Assembly (NCBI GenBank): GCA_902602885.1
Contig: CACKSM010000001.1
Coordinates: 81,888-145,887, forward strand
Direction of reading: 5' to 3'
From: an uncultured Alphaproteobacteria bacterium
Lineage (GTDB): Bacteria; Pseudomonadota; Alphaproteobacteria; HIMB59; GCA-002718135
Length of the DNA: 64,000 nt
Position numbers and translations under genes: made by a program. Below, one piece after another: positions 21,106 to 29,810 of the stretch. The stretch's first letter is position 1. Every line of letters starts with the position of its first letter. Under the pieces are notes generated by a model that was not told the origin of the DNA, made no database searches, and worked only from the letters and a program-made list of their open reading frames with translations.

Positions 21106-21333
21106 TTGAATTCAAACAAACTTTTAGAATGGATTGGCGTAACTACAGCAATCCTTTATTCCCTACTAGTTGCATTTAACATTGGATTAGAATTTATTGG
21201 CTTTTCATTATTATTGCTATCAGCAGTATTAATTGGAATCTGGGCCTATAAATTAAAACACAATGGAATATTGTTTTTACAATTTTTTTACGCTGGTGCA
21301 GGTATTATAGGAATGTATAGATGGTTTGGATAA
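21106..21333 (+). CDS. 75-aa three-TM membrane protein resembling a single repeat of PnuC-type transporters (tentative)
   Basis: LEWIGVTTAILYSLLVAF...ILFLQFFYAGAGIIGMYRWF follows the (E)W-x...LLQ-FF...GWY-W pattern I recall for the first 3-TM repeat of PnuC. TTG start. Confidence 0.4.
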   Translation: MNSNKLLEWIGVTTAILYSLLVAFNIGLEFIGFSLLLLSAVLIGIWAYKLKHNGILFLQFFYAGAGIIGMYRWFG

Positions 21334-21569
21334 AAATATTTTTTTTATTTTTACTTTTATATTCTTCAATTGCATATTCTTCTGAATTAAATGAAGAAGA
21401 AGAAATGTACTTTAATTTTGTTGATTTAAATAATGATGGAGTTATTTCCTATGAAGAAATTGAACAATCATTAAATTTACTCTTTCAAATTATAGATCTG
21501 AATCAAGATAATAAAATTTCTCAAAATGAGATAAATGAATTAAAAGGCATAATTGAAACTTTAAGATGA
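21321..21569 (+). CDS. Secreted two-EF-hand calcium-binding protein
   Basis: Signal peptide MVWIKIFFLFLLLYSSIAYS. Two canonical EF loops: DLNNDGVISYEE and DLNQDNKISQNE. Confidence 0.7.
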   Translation: MVWIKIFFLFLLLYSSIAYSSELNEEEEMYFNFVDLNNDGVISYEEIEQSLNLLFQIIDLNQDNKISQNEINELKGIIETLR

Positions 21570-22309
21570 GTATTTGGGGAAGAGTTATAGGCGGAGCAGC
21601 AGGATTTGCTTTAGGAGGACCTATAGGGGCTATCTTAGGTGTAATGGCTGGTGGTGCTTTTGACAGAAGATCTAAATCAAAATCATCATTTAACTTCAAT
21701 CGAATAAATAATAATCAAAAACAACAAATTTTTACATTAAGTTTTATTATTCTAGCTGCAAAATTAGCTAAATCAGATGGCATTGTATCAGATGATGAAA
21801 TAAGAGCATTTAAAGAAAAATTTAAAGTTCCAAAATCTGAAATTCCTAAAGTTGCAAAAATATTCAATGAGGCAAAAAAAGATACGTATGGTTATAAACA
21901 AATAGCAAATCAAGTAGGAGATTTATTTTCAGCTAATAAAATTTTATTGGAAGAATTATTAAATAATTTATTTTATATTGCTGCATCTGATGGAAAGGTA
22001 TCTATTAGTGAAATAGATTTTTTAAGATCAATTTCTAAATCGTTTAAATTTAGTGAAAAAGATTTTCAAAGAATTTTTCAATCAAATTTAAAAAATAGTG
22101 AATCTGATCCTTACAAAATATTGGGTGTGAATCGATCAAGCACTGATAATGAGATAAGAAAAAAATGGATAAAATTAAATAAAGAACATCACCCAGATAA
22201 TTTAATTGCCAAAGGTATGCCTAAAGAATTTATTAAACAATCTAATAAAGAATTAGCGGCAATTAATATTGCTTACGATAAAATTAAAGAAATTAGAGGA
22301 ATTTCTTGA
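21566..22309 (+). CDS. djlA: DjlA-like membrane co-chaperone (TerB-like domain plus C-terminal J domain)
   Basis: Gly-rich N-terminal TM segment. C-terminal DPYKILGV...KLNKEHHPD J domain. Confidence 0.8.
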   Translation: MSIWGRVIGGAAGFALGGPIGAILGVMAGGAFDRRSKSKSSFNFNRINNNQKQQIFTLSFIILAAKLAKSDGIVSDDEIRAFKEKFKVPKSEIPKVAKIFNEAKKDTYGYKQIANQVGDLFSANKILLEELLNNLFYIAASDGKVSISEIDFLRSISKSFKFSEKDFQRIFQSNLKNSESDPYKILGVNRSSTDNEIRKKWIKLNKEHHPDNLIAKGMPKEFIKQSNKELAAINIAYDKIKEIRGIS

Positions 22310-23277
22310 TACCTAAAGATTTATCTGTCGATAATATTAGTAAAATTTATAAAAAAATTAGACCATTTATTAATCAAACCCCTTTTTTAAAGTGTCCTGA
22401 TGATATTGATAATTATTTTTCTACAAATTTATTTTTTAAATGCGAATTTTTACAAAAATCTGGTTCATTTAAGGCAAGAGGTGCTATTAATAATATAATT
22501 TCTCAAGATCAGAATAAATTTAATAAAGGAATTACAGCAGTTAGTGCTGGAAATCATGCGATCGCTGCTTCATTTGTGGCCAATCAATTTAAATTGAAAA
22601 ATAAAATTTTCTTATACGAAAGTGCAAATATATATAGAGTTCAAACTTGTAAAAATTATGGTGCTAACATTATTTTTACAAATCCAAAACAAGCTTTTCT
22701 TGATGCTGAAAATGCTAAAAATGAAGGTTATTATTTTATTCACCCTTTTGACGGCCCATTGACATTACAAGGTAGTGCTACCTTGGGATTAGAAATTGTA
22801 GAATATTTAAAATTAATTAATACTAAAATTGACAATTTACTAATTTCAGTTGGAGGAGGGGGGTTAATAAGTGGCGTTTCATCGTATGTAAAACAATTTT
22901 ATCCTAAGATTAAAATTATTGGTGTTGAGCCTGAAAATGCGAATGGCTTAAATCAAAGTTTAAGAGCTAACAAACCACTAAATAATGTTAATGTAAATAG
23001 TATTGCTGACAGCCTTTCAGCACCTTTACATATGCAATATTCTTTTGATATAGCAAAAGAAGTAATTGATGAAATGGTAACTGTTTCTGATGATCAAATG
23101 AAAAAATTTATGGTTTTTTGTTATAAAAAATTTAAGTTATTTCTTGAGCCCGCATGTGTTGCTGGTCTTGCTGCTTTAAAATATAAAATTAATAATAAGC
23201 TTATTGGCAAAAATACAATGGTGATATTGTGTGGCTCAAATATTGATAAAAAAACTTGGACAGATTTAACTAATTAA
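22306..23277 (+). CDS. PLP-dependent threonine/serine dehydratase (short form, no ACT domain)
   Basis: QKSGSFKARGA (PLP lysine) and VGGGGLISG glycine loop. TTG start overlaps the djlA end. Confidence 0.8.
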   Translation: MIPKDLSVDNISKIYKKIRPFINQTPFLKCPDDIDNYFSTNLFFKCEFLQKSGSFKARGAINNIISQDQNKFNKGITAVSAGNHAIAASFVANQFKLKNKIFLYESANIYRVQTCKNYGANIIFTNPKQAFLDAENAKNEGYYFIHPFDGPLTLQGSATLGLEIVEYLKLINTKIDNLLISVGGGGLISGVSSYVKQFYPKIKIIGVEPENANGLNQSLRANKPLNNVNVNSIADSLSAPLHMQYSFDIAKEVIDEMVTVSDDQMKKFMVFCYKKFKLFLEPACVAGLAALKYKINNKLIGKNTMVILCGSNIDKKTWTDLTN

Positions 23278-24380
23278 TCTGGAAAATATAAAATACCACC
23301 ACTTAAATTTTTTTTCACACCTGTAGTATTTATATTACTTATATCTAAATTTTTAAATGATCTCATGCCAATATATGCAAACATTTGAGCTTCTACTAAA
23401 TCACCATTTATTTTATATTTATCAATAAGTTCAATTTTTTTATTCATTTTATTCATTAATATTTCTTTCAGTAATTTATTTTTTCTTCCTCCTCCAGTAA
23501 GTAAAATTCTTTCAATCTTAAATTTTTTATTTTTTAATAATTCTTTAAATCCAATATATGTCATGTAGTTAGCAGTCATTAGCGCATCATATTTGTTCAA
23601 TTTAATTAGCTTATTAAAATAATTTCTAAAATAATTTCTATCTAATGATTTTGGGAACTTTTTTTTAAAGAATTTGTCTTTTTTGAATTTTTCGATTAAT
23701 TTATTATTAATCTTACCTTTTCTTGCATAATTTCCATCATTATCAAATTTTTTTTTAAAAAAATAATTGCAAAGATCATCACTTAAGCAATTTGCAGGCC
23801 CTATATCCGATGATAATAATGTTCTTGAAACTACAGTTGAAAAATTTGCTATACCTCCAAGATTTACTATAATCGCTTTTTCCTTAAATTTTTGTATTAA
23901 AAACTTATGATAATATGATCCAATTGGTGCTCCTTGACCACCATTTTTAATATCATTATCTCTTAAATTACTTATAGTTTTAACTTTAAGTTTTTTTGCA
24001 ATTTTTTTTCCATTTCCTAACTGAATTGATATTTTATTTGATGGGTCGTGGTAAACAGTCTGTCCACTAATTGATATTAAATCGATATTTTTTTTATTAA
24101 TTTTTTTTTGTTTCAGAAATAAAATTATTTTTTTTTCTAAAATATCTGTAACGAAATCATCTTTTTTTAAAAAATATTCTTTAATTTTATTATTAGTTTT
24201 TGGTTTATTTAATATTAGATTGTTTATTGTATTTTGATAATTTTTATCAAATTTATATGATTTTTCACATTTAATTTTTACAAAGTCAGTCCCATTTGTA
24301 TTAATCAAACTGATATCAACACCATCCATTGACGTGCCTGTCATAACTCCTAGGACATTAAGTTTTGAATTTTTACTCAT
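23274..24380 (-). CDS. anmK: Anhydro-N-acetylmuramic acid kinase
   Basis: VLGVMTGTSMDGVDISL N-terminus, NLGGIAN, TGGGRKN. Confidence 0.85.
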   Translation of the reverse strand: MSKNSKLNVLGVMTGTSMDGVDISLINTNGTDFVKIKCEKSYKFDKNYQNTINNLILNKPKTNNKIKEYFLKKDDFVTDILEKKIILFLKQKKINKKNIDLISISGQTVYHDPSNKISIQLGNGKKIAKKLKVKTISNLRDNDIKNGGQGAPIGSYYHKFLIQKFKEKAIIVNLGGIANFSTVVSRTLLSSDIGPANCLSDDLCNYFFKKKFDNDGNYARKGKINNKLIEKFKKDKFFKKKFPKSLDRNYFRNYFNKLIKLNKYDALMTANYMTYIGFKELLKNKKFKIERILLTGGGRKNKLLKEILMNKMNKKIELIDKYKINGDLVEAQMFAYIGMRSFKNLDISNINTTGVKKNLSGGILYFPD

Positions 24381-24465
24381 TTTTAATCAAATTTAATTTT
24401 ACACATTTTATTAACAAACATATCAACAAAAAAATATTAATTAGTTTTAAAAATACATTTTTTTA

Positions 24466-24494
24466 TTGATTGATAAATAACAAACAGATAAATT
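24466..24494 (+). promoter_or_regulatory. Candidate promoter for the structured RNA (TTGATT 24466-24471, 17-nt spacer, TAAATT 24489-24494)
   Basis: Hexamers and spacing read directly. AT-rich context lowers specificity. Confidence 0.3.
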
Positions 24495-24500
24495 ATTTTT

Positions 24501-24617
24501 AATTATTACACGCAAAGGTAATAATCAATTTAATAAAAGGAAACAATTATTAAATTGTATCGGGAGGAAATGCACGATACACAAAAAGGACCTAGCTTGC
24601 TGGGTCCTTTTTTTTTG
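24501..24617 (+). ncRNA. Candidate ~115-nt structured RNA (sRNA, or terminator-containing leader of the downstream deaminase gene)
   Basis: Four consecutive perfect hairpins read directly: attattac/gtaataat (24502-24525), aatttaataa/ttattaaatt (24527-24556), gtatcg/cgatac (24557-24580), and a GC-rich terminator stem followed by T9. Confidence 0.5.
24587..24616 (+). terminator. Rho-independent terminator
   Basis: aggacctag-cttg-ctgggtcct stem-loop followed by nine T residues (24608-24616). Confidence 0.7.
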
Positions 24618-24659
24618 TTTTATAGACAAATCTAATAAATAAAGTATCAGACATTCATA

Positions 24660-25232
24660 ATGATAACAAATTATGAAAGAATTTTAGATATTATTTTAGA
24701 TGATCTTATACCACTAACAAAAATTTCAATTAATGAAGGAAATAAAATATTTGGTGGATTTATTGTTAAAAAATCTGACCTAAGTCTTGTTTGTCTGGGT
24801 ACAAACCAGGAAATCAAAAATCCTTTATTTCACGGAGAAATTTCAACTCTTTTTAATTTATTTGAAAAAAAACTGTTTAATACAAAAGATTATTATTTCA
24901 TAAGCACACATCAGCCTTGTTCTATGTGTTTATCAGCTATAACGTGGGCCGGATTTGACAATTTTTATTATTTTTTTTCTTATACTGACACAAAAGAAGG
25001 TTTTCATATTCCGCACGATCTTAAAATTTTGACGGAGGTTTTTAAGATCAAAGATGGTAAATACAATATTAATAATGATTATTGGGAGAGTTACTCAATT
25101 TTATCAGAAATTAAAAGATTAGGCATAGAGGACTCATTATTAGATAAAATTTATCAGATCAAAGAAGAGTACCAAAAAATGTCAGAAATTTATCAAAAAT
25201 CAAAAATTGATAATAAAATACCTCTAAATTAA
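24660..25232 (+). CDS. CMP/dCMP-type zinc deaminase-fold protein (guanine/nucleoside deaminase-like)
   Basis: HGE (FHGEIS) and PCSMC zinc-binding motifs with the spacing typical of the cytidine-deaminase-like superfamily. Has a helical C-terminal extension. Confidence 0.7.
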   Translation: MITNYERILDIILDDLIPLTKISINEGNKIFGGFIVKKSDLSLVCLGTNQEIKNPLFHGEISTLFNLFEKKLFNTKDYYFISTHQPCSMCLSAITWAGFDNFYYFFSYTDTKEGFHIPHDLKILTEVFKIKDGKYNINNDYWESYSILSEIKRLGIEDSLLDKIYQIKEEYQKMSEIYQKSKIDNKIPLN

Positions 25233-25266
25233 TTGTTAAATTATAAAAAAAAGTATACAAATAATT

Positions 25267-25405
25267 AACGGGAGATACTGAAATTTCAGAGCCGAAGGAG
25301 CAACGACCCGGAAACTCTCAGGCAAAATGGACCGTTAAAAAAAAACTCTGGAAAAGAGCATTTAGCTCTACCGAAGGTGAAAAGCTCTCAGGTAAAAAGA
25401 CAGAG
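25267..25405 (+). promoter_or_regulatory. Tandem glycine riboswitch (two aptamers: 25267-25336 and 25346-25405)
   Basis: Aptamer 1: aacGGGAGA...GCCGAAGGAGCAA...CTCTCAGGCAAAATGGACCGtt. Aptamer 2: CTCTGGAAAAG...ACCGAAGGTGAAAAGCTCTCAGGTAAAAAGACAGAG. Both carry the conserved GGAGA / CCGAAGG / CUCAGG / GAC cores. Located directly upstream of gcvT. Confidence 0.9.
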
Positions 25406-25425
25406 GGGTAGCTTGGAGAATTTAT

Positions 25426-26550
25426 TTGAACCAGTTACCAATAGACATTCCTCTGAAAAATTTTCATCAAAATAATGGTGCAAAGATATTGCCATTTGCA
25501 GGTTTTAATATGCCTATTAATTATAAAACTGGAATAATTAATGAACACAAAAACGTTAGAAATCATTCTGGTATTTTTGATGTTAGTCATATGGGGCAAA
25601 TTTTAATAGAAAATAATGAATCTTATTTACATAAATTAGAAAAATATATTCCATTACAATTAAAAAAATTAACTAAAAATAGATCGCATTATTCATTTTT
25701 GCTCAATAAAGATGGAGGTGTTATTGATGATCTAATTATTTCAAATATTGATATTAAAGATAAGTCATATTTATATATTGTTTATAATGCATCTCGAAAA
25801 AAAGAAGACGAAGAAATATTTATTTCTTGTGCTCCTAATGCAGAAAAAATTTATGAAAAAAATTGTTTATTCGCAATCCAAGGACCTGATTCTATTCATG
25901 TTTTAAAAAATATTATTGATATTCCAAATAATATGAATTTTTTTGATATTTTAATAAGTAAATACGATAACAATGAAATAATAGTAAGTAGATCAGGTTA
26001 TACCGGTGAAGATGGTTTTGAACTTTCTATTCCAAATGAAAGTGCAGAAAATTTAATTAATCTTTTACTTAAAAATGAAAATACAATGCTTTGTGGTTTA
26101 GGTTCTAGAGATTCATTAAGACTCGAAGCTGGATTAAGTTTATATGGTCATGAATTAAATGAAAATATTACTCCAATTGAAGCTGGTTTATCATGGGCTC
26201 TAGATAAAGAAAGATTAGAAGACAAAAATTTAAATGGAAATAAGATTTTATCTGATCAATTAAAAAATAAATTATCTAATAAAAAAATAGGTTTAATTTC
26301 AACCAATAAATCAATGCTAAGGGATGGAATGAAATTATTCGATAATAATAATAATGAAATTGGAAAAATTACAAGTGGATGTTTTTCTCCCAATCTAAAT
26401 AAATCTATTGCTATTGGTTATATAATATCTGAATTCAATACTGATAATCCAATTTTTTGTGAAATTAGAAAAAAATTAGAATTAGTAAAAATTAATAATC
26501 TACCTTTTGTAAAAAAAAATTATAAAAAAAATGGGAGCATATATGAGTGA
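25426..26550 (+). CDS. gcvT: Glycine cleavage system T protein (aminomethyltransferase)
   Basis: FAGFNMPINY, GIFDVSHMGQ, SRSGYTGEDGFE, RDSLRLEAGL. TTG start 7 nt after GGAGA. Confidence 0.93.
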   Translation: MNQLPIDIPLKNFHQNNGAKILPFAGFNMPINYKTGIINEHKNVRNHSGIFDVSHMGQILIENNESYLHKLEKYIPLQLKKLTKNRSHYSFLLNKDGGVIDDLIISNIDIKDKSYLYIVYNASRKKEDEEIFISCAPNAEKIYEKNCLFAIQGPDSIHVLKNIIDIPNNMNFFDILISKYDNNEIIVSRSGYTGEDGFELSIPNESAENLINLLLKNENTMLCGLGSRDSLRLEAGLSLYGHELNENITPIEAGLSWALDKERLEDKNLNGNKILSDQLKNKLSNKKIGLISTNKSMLRDGMKLFDNNNNEIGKITSGCFSPNLNKSIAIGYIISEFNTDNPIFCEIRKKLELVKINNLPFVKKNYKKNGSIYE

Positions 26551-26914
26551 AAAAAAATACACAAAAGATCATGAATGGGTTTCAATTGAAAATGAAATTG
26601 CTACAATTGGTATTAGCAATCATGCCCAAGAATCTCTTGGTGATATTGTATTTATTGAATTACCTTCAGTTGGAAATTCGGTAAAAGCAAAAGATGAAAT
26701 ATGCGTTGTTGAATCTGTAAAAGCAGCTTCTGATATTTATGCTCCAATAGATGGTGAAATAATTGAAGTGAATAATAATCTAGAAAATGATGCTGCTATT
26801 ATTAATCAAGATGCAGAAAACGAGGGATGGATTTTTAAAATGAAAATTTCTGATTCAAATCAATATTCTGAACTTATGTCAGAAGATGAGTATAAACAAT
26901 TTTTGGAACAATAG
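26543..26914 (+). CDS. gcvH: Glycine cleavage system H protein
   Basis: YTKDHEWV and the lipoyl-lysine motif ESVKAAS. Start trimmed to ATG 26543, which is preceded by GGGAG. Confidence 0.95.
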   Translation: MSEKKYTKDHEWVSIENEIATIGISNHAQESLGDIVFIELPSVGNSVKAKDEICVVESVKAASDIYAPIDGEIIEVNNNLENDAAIINQDAENEGWIFKMKISDSNQYSELMSEDEYKQFLEQ

Positions 26915-29767
26915 ATGATTGAAATAGATAAATTTGTTAGCAGACATATAGGACCTAGAAATGAAGATATTGGAGAAATGCTCAAATTAATAAACTGCTC
27001 CTCATTAGATGAATTAATTGAAAAAACTGTACCTAATCATATCATTTTTAAAAATAAACTTAAATTTAGACCTGGTATGTCTGAGGAGTTTAATAAAATT
27101 AATACTCAACTTTTATCTTTAAAAAATAATTTCAAAAAAACTTATATTGGAATGGGTTATTATAATACTATTACTCCTAGCGTTATTTTAAGAAATATTC
27201 TTGAAAATCCAGGATGGTACACTGCGTACACACCTTATCAACCAGAAGTAAGTCAGGGCAGGTTGGAAATGTTAATGAATTTTCAACAAATGATAATTGA
27301 TTTGACTGGAATGGATATTGCAAATGCATCTTTACTTGATGAAAGTACTGCGGCAGCTGAGGCTATGATGATGGCTTTTAAAATTAAAAAAAGTGCAAAG
27401 TTTACTTTTTGTGTGCAAAATAAATGTCATCCACAAACACTATCTGTCTTAAAAACAAGAGCTAAACCCCTAGGTATAAAAATTATTTTTGATAATCCAG
27501 ATGACGATACATTTGGTTGTTTAATTCAAAATCCAGATACATACGGAGAAATTGCAAATCTCAACGATTTAATAAATATAAATAAATCTCACGATGCGTT
27601 ATCAATCATAGCAGCTGATATAATGAGTTTGGTAGTTATGAAATCACCAAAAGATTTTGGAGCTGATATAGTTGTAGGAAGTACTCAAAGGTTTGGAGTT
27701 CCAATGGGTCTAGGAGGTCCACACGCAGCATATTTTGCAACATTAGATGAATATAAAAGAATGATACCTGGGAGACTAATTGGTGTATCAGTTGATCGTA
27801 CTAATAAAAGATCTTACAGAATGGCTCTTCAAACGCGTGAGCAACACATTAGAAGAGAAAAAGCTACAAGTAATATATGTACTGCACAGGCCTTATTAGC
27901 AATTATATCTGCCTCATATGCAATATATCATGGTCCAACTAGATTAAAAAATATTGCTGAGGACATTCATTATAAGTCTAGATATCTAAAAAAATCATTA
28001 GAGATATTAAATTTTGAAGTAAAATCTATAAATTATTTTGATACCTTATTAATAAAAGATACAAAATCTAAATACTGGGTAAATAAATCTATAGACAATG
28101 GTATAAATTTTAGATTTGTAAATGACGATCATTTTTCAATTTCCTTAGATGAAACTACATCACTACAAGATGTAGATAATTTAATTAAATTTTTTAATGA
28201 AAACAATAATGAAATATACGCAGAAGAAATTGAAAGTAAAATTGAAGATTCGATTTTCAAAAATGATTTAGATAGAAAAGACAAAATATTAACTCATCCT
28301 GTATTTAATATCTATCATTCTGAAACAGAAATGATGAGATATTTAAAAAAATTGGAAAATAAAGACGTTGCTTTAAATAGATCAATGATACCTCTTGGAT
28401 CTTGTACTATGAAATTAAATGCTGCATCTGAAATGCTTCCAATTACTTTACCAGGTTTTTCAAATGCGCATCCATTCTTAGAGCCCCATCAACGTGAGGG
28501 ATATAATGAAATGATGAGTGAATTAATATCGATGTTAAAAGATATTACTGGTTTTGATGCAGTTTCACTTCAACCTAATGCAGGAGCACAAGGTGAATTT
28601 GCTGGTTTATTAGCTATACAAAAATATCATGAGAAAAATTCAGATACTAAAAGAAATATTTGTATAATTCCAAAAAGTGCTCATGGAACTAATCCAGCCA
28701 GTGCACAGATGTGCGGCATGGATATTTTAATTGTAAACTGTGATGACAAAGGTAATGTAGATTTAACTCACTTAGATAAAAAAATAGAAGAGGCAGGTGA
28801 TAAACTGTCTGCTTTAATGATTACATATCCATCAACACATGGTGTATTCGAAGAAAGTATTGTTGAGATTTGTAAAAAAATTCATGATGCTGGTGGGCAA
28901 GTGTATCTAGATGGCGCTAATTATAATGCAATGGTTGGTGTAGCTAAACCAGGTAAATTTGGACCTGATGTATGCCATATGAATCTCCATAAGACATTCT
29001 GCATACCTCATGGAGGAGGTGGGCCTGGAGTTGGGGCTATAGGATTAAAAAAACATTTAGCAGATTTTGCGCCTGGACATCCTATTTTTAAAAATGAAAT
29101 AGGTTTAACGACTCAAGAGGCAGTTTCTGCAGCTCCATGGGGCAGTGCATCTATTTTACCCATTTCATATTCTTATATATCTATGATGGGTGACGATGGT
29201 TTAAAATTAGCAACTCAAGTAGCAATATTAAATGCTAACTATATTAAAGAAAGATTAAAAAATTATTACCCCATTTTATATACAGGTAAGAATAATATGG
29301 TGGCTCACGAATTTGTTATTGATATCAGGCCATTTAAACAAGAATTAAATATTTCAGATGAAGATATTGCTAAAAGACTAATCGATTATGGATTTCATGC
29401 ACCTACAATGTCATTTCCTGTTCCCGGCACTCTGATGATTGAGCCTACTGAAAGTGAATCAAAAGAGGAACTAGATAGATTTTGTGAGGCAATGATTTCT
29501 ATTCACAATGAAATTACTATGATTAGAGATGGTAAATTTGATAAAGTAGATAATCCTATAAAAAATGCCCCTCATACCATTGAAGAAGTATCTTCTGACA
29601 GTTGGGATCACAAATATTCCCGAAAAGATGCTGCCTACCCGCATGCTTATTTGATAAATAATAAATACTGGAGTCCAGTTAGTAGAATTGATAATGTATA
29701 CGGTGATAGAAATTTATTTTGTGTTTGTCCACCAATTGATGAATATGAAGAGGTTAAAACAGGATAA
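26915..29767 (+). CDS. gcvP: Glycine dehydrogenase (decarboxylating), single-chain P protein
   Basis: 950 aa. YTPYQPEVSQGRLE and NLHKTFCIPHGGGGPG (PLP lysine). Confidence 0.97.
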   Translation: MIEIDKFVSRHIGPRNEDIGEMLKLINCSSLDELIEKTVPNHIIFKNKLKFRPGMSEEFNKINTQLLSLKNNFKKTYIGMGYYNTITPSVILRNILENPGWYTAYTPYQPEVSQGRLEMLMNFQQMIIDLTGMDIANASLLDESTAAAEAMMMAFKIKKSAKFTFCVQNKCHPQTLSVLKTRAKPLGIKIIFDNPDDDTFGCLIQNPDTYGEIANLNDLININKSHDALSIIAADIMSLVVMKSPKDFGADIVVGSTQRFGVPMGLGGPHAAYFATLDEYKRMIPGRLIGVSVDRTNKRSYRMALQTREQHIRREKATSNICTAQALLAIISASYAIYHGPTRLKNIAEDIHYKSRYLKKSLEILNFEVKSINYFDTLLIKDTKSKYWVNKSIDNGINFRFVNDDHFSISLDETTSLQDVDNLIKFFNENNNEIYAEEIESKIEDSIFKNDLDRKDKILTHPVFNIYHSETEMMRYLKKLENKDVALNRSMIPLGSCTMKLNAASEMLPITLPGFSNAHPFLEPHQREGYNEMMSELISMLKDITGFDAVSLQPNAGAQGEFAGLLAIQKYHEKNSDTKRNICIIPKSAHGTNPASAQMCGMDILIVNCDDKGNVDLTHLDKKIEEAGDKLSALMITYPSTHGVFEESIVEICKKIHDAGGQVYLDGANYNAMVGVAKPGKFGPDVCHMNLHKTFCIPHGGGGPGVGAIGLKKHLADFAPGHPIFKNEIGLTTQEAVSAAPWGSASILPISYSYISMMGDDGLKLATQVAILNANYIKERLKNYYPILYTGKNNMVAHEFVIDIRPFKQELNISDEDIAKRLIDYGFHAPTMSFPVPGTLMIEPTESESKEELDRFCEAMISIHNEITMIRDGKFDKVDNPIKNAPHTIEEVSSDSWDHKYSRKDAAYPHAYLINNKYWSPVSRIDNVYGDRNLFCVCPPIDEYEEVKTG

Positions 29768-29790
29768 TTGCTATTTATCAATTATTTAAA
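29764..29790. repeat. 27-nt element, copy B: ATAATTG-N8-CAATTAT inverted repeat plus TTAAA tail
   Basis: ataattgCtatttatcaattatttaaa at 29764-29790. Overlaps the gcvP stop codon (29765-29767) and ends 20 nt before the rseP ATG. Confidence 0.6.
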
Positions 29791-29810
29791 ATATTAATTT
29801 AATAATAAGT

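Noticed and set aside
24501-24617. Whether the structured RNA is a known housekeeping RNA (4.5S/SRP RNA, tmRNA piece, 6S, RNase P).
   Set aside because: It lacks the single long helix and conserved GGAA-tetraloop/symmetric-loop region of SRP RNA. It has no tRNA-like acceptor/T-arm end for tmRNA. It is too short for 6S or RNase P. It therefore remains an unclassified candidate.
24570-24635. 21-codon ORF (MHDTQKGPSLLGPFFLFYRQI) inside the candidate structured RNA, preceded by GGAGG.
   Set aside because: GGAGG ends only 2 nt before the ATG, which is too close for initiation. The ORF reads straight through the terminator stem and T-tract. More likely a by-product of the RNA structure. A leader-peptide attenuator cannot be fully excluded.
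684-29790. The two direct copies of the 27-nt inverted-repeat element as boundaries of a 29-kb mobile or excisable segment.
   Set aside because: The intervening DNA carries essential single-copy housekeeping genes (valS, argS, serS, tatABC, scpAB, ilvD, gcvTHP) in typical alphaproteobacterial synteny. A regulatory or RNA-level role is more plausible than island ends.
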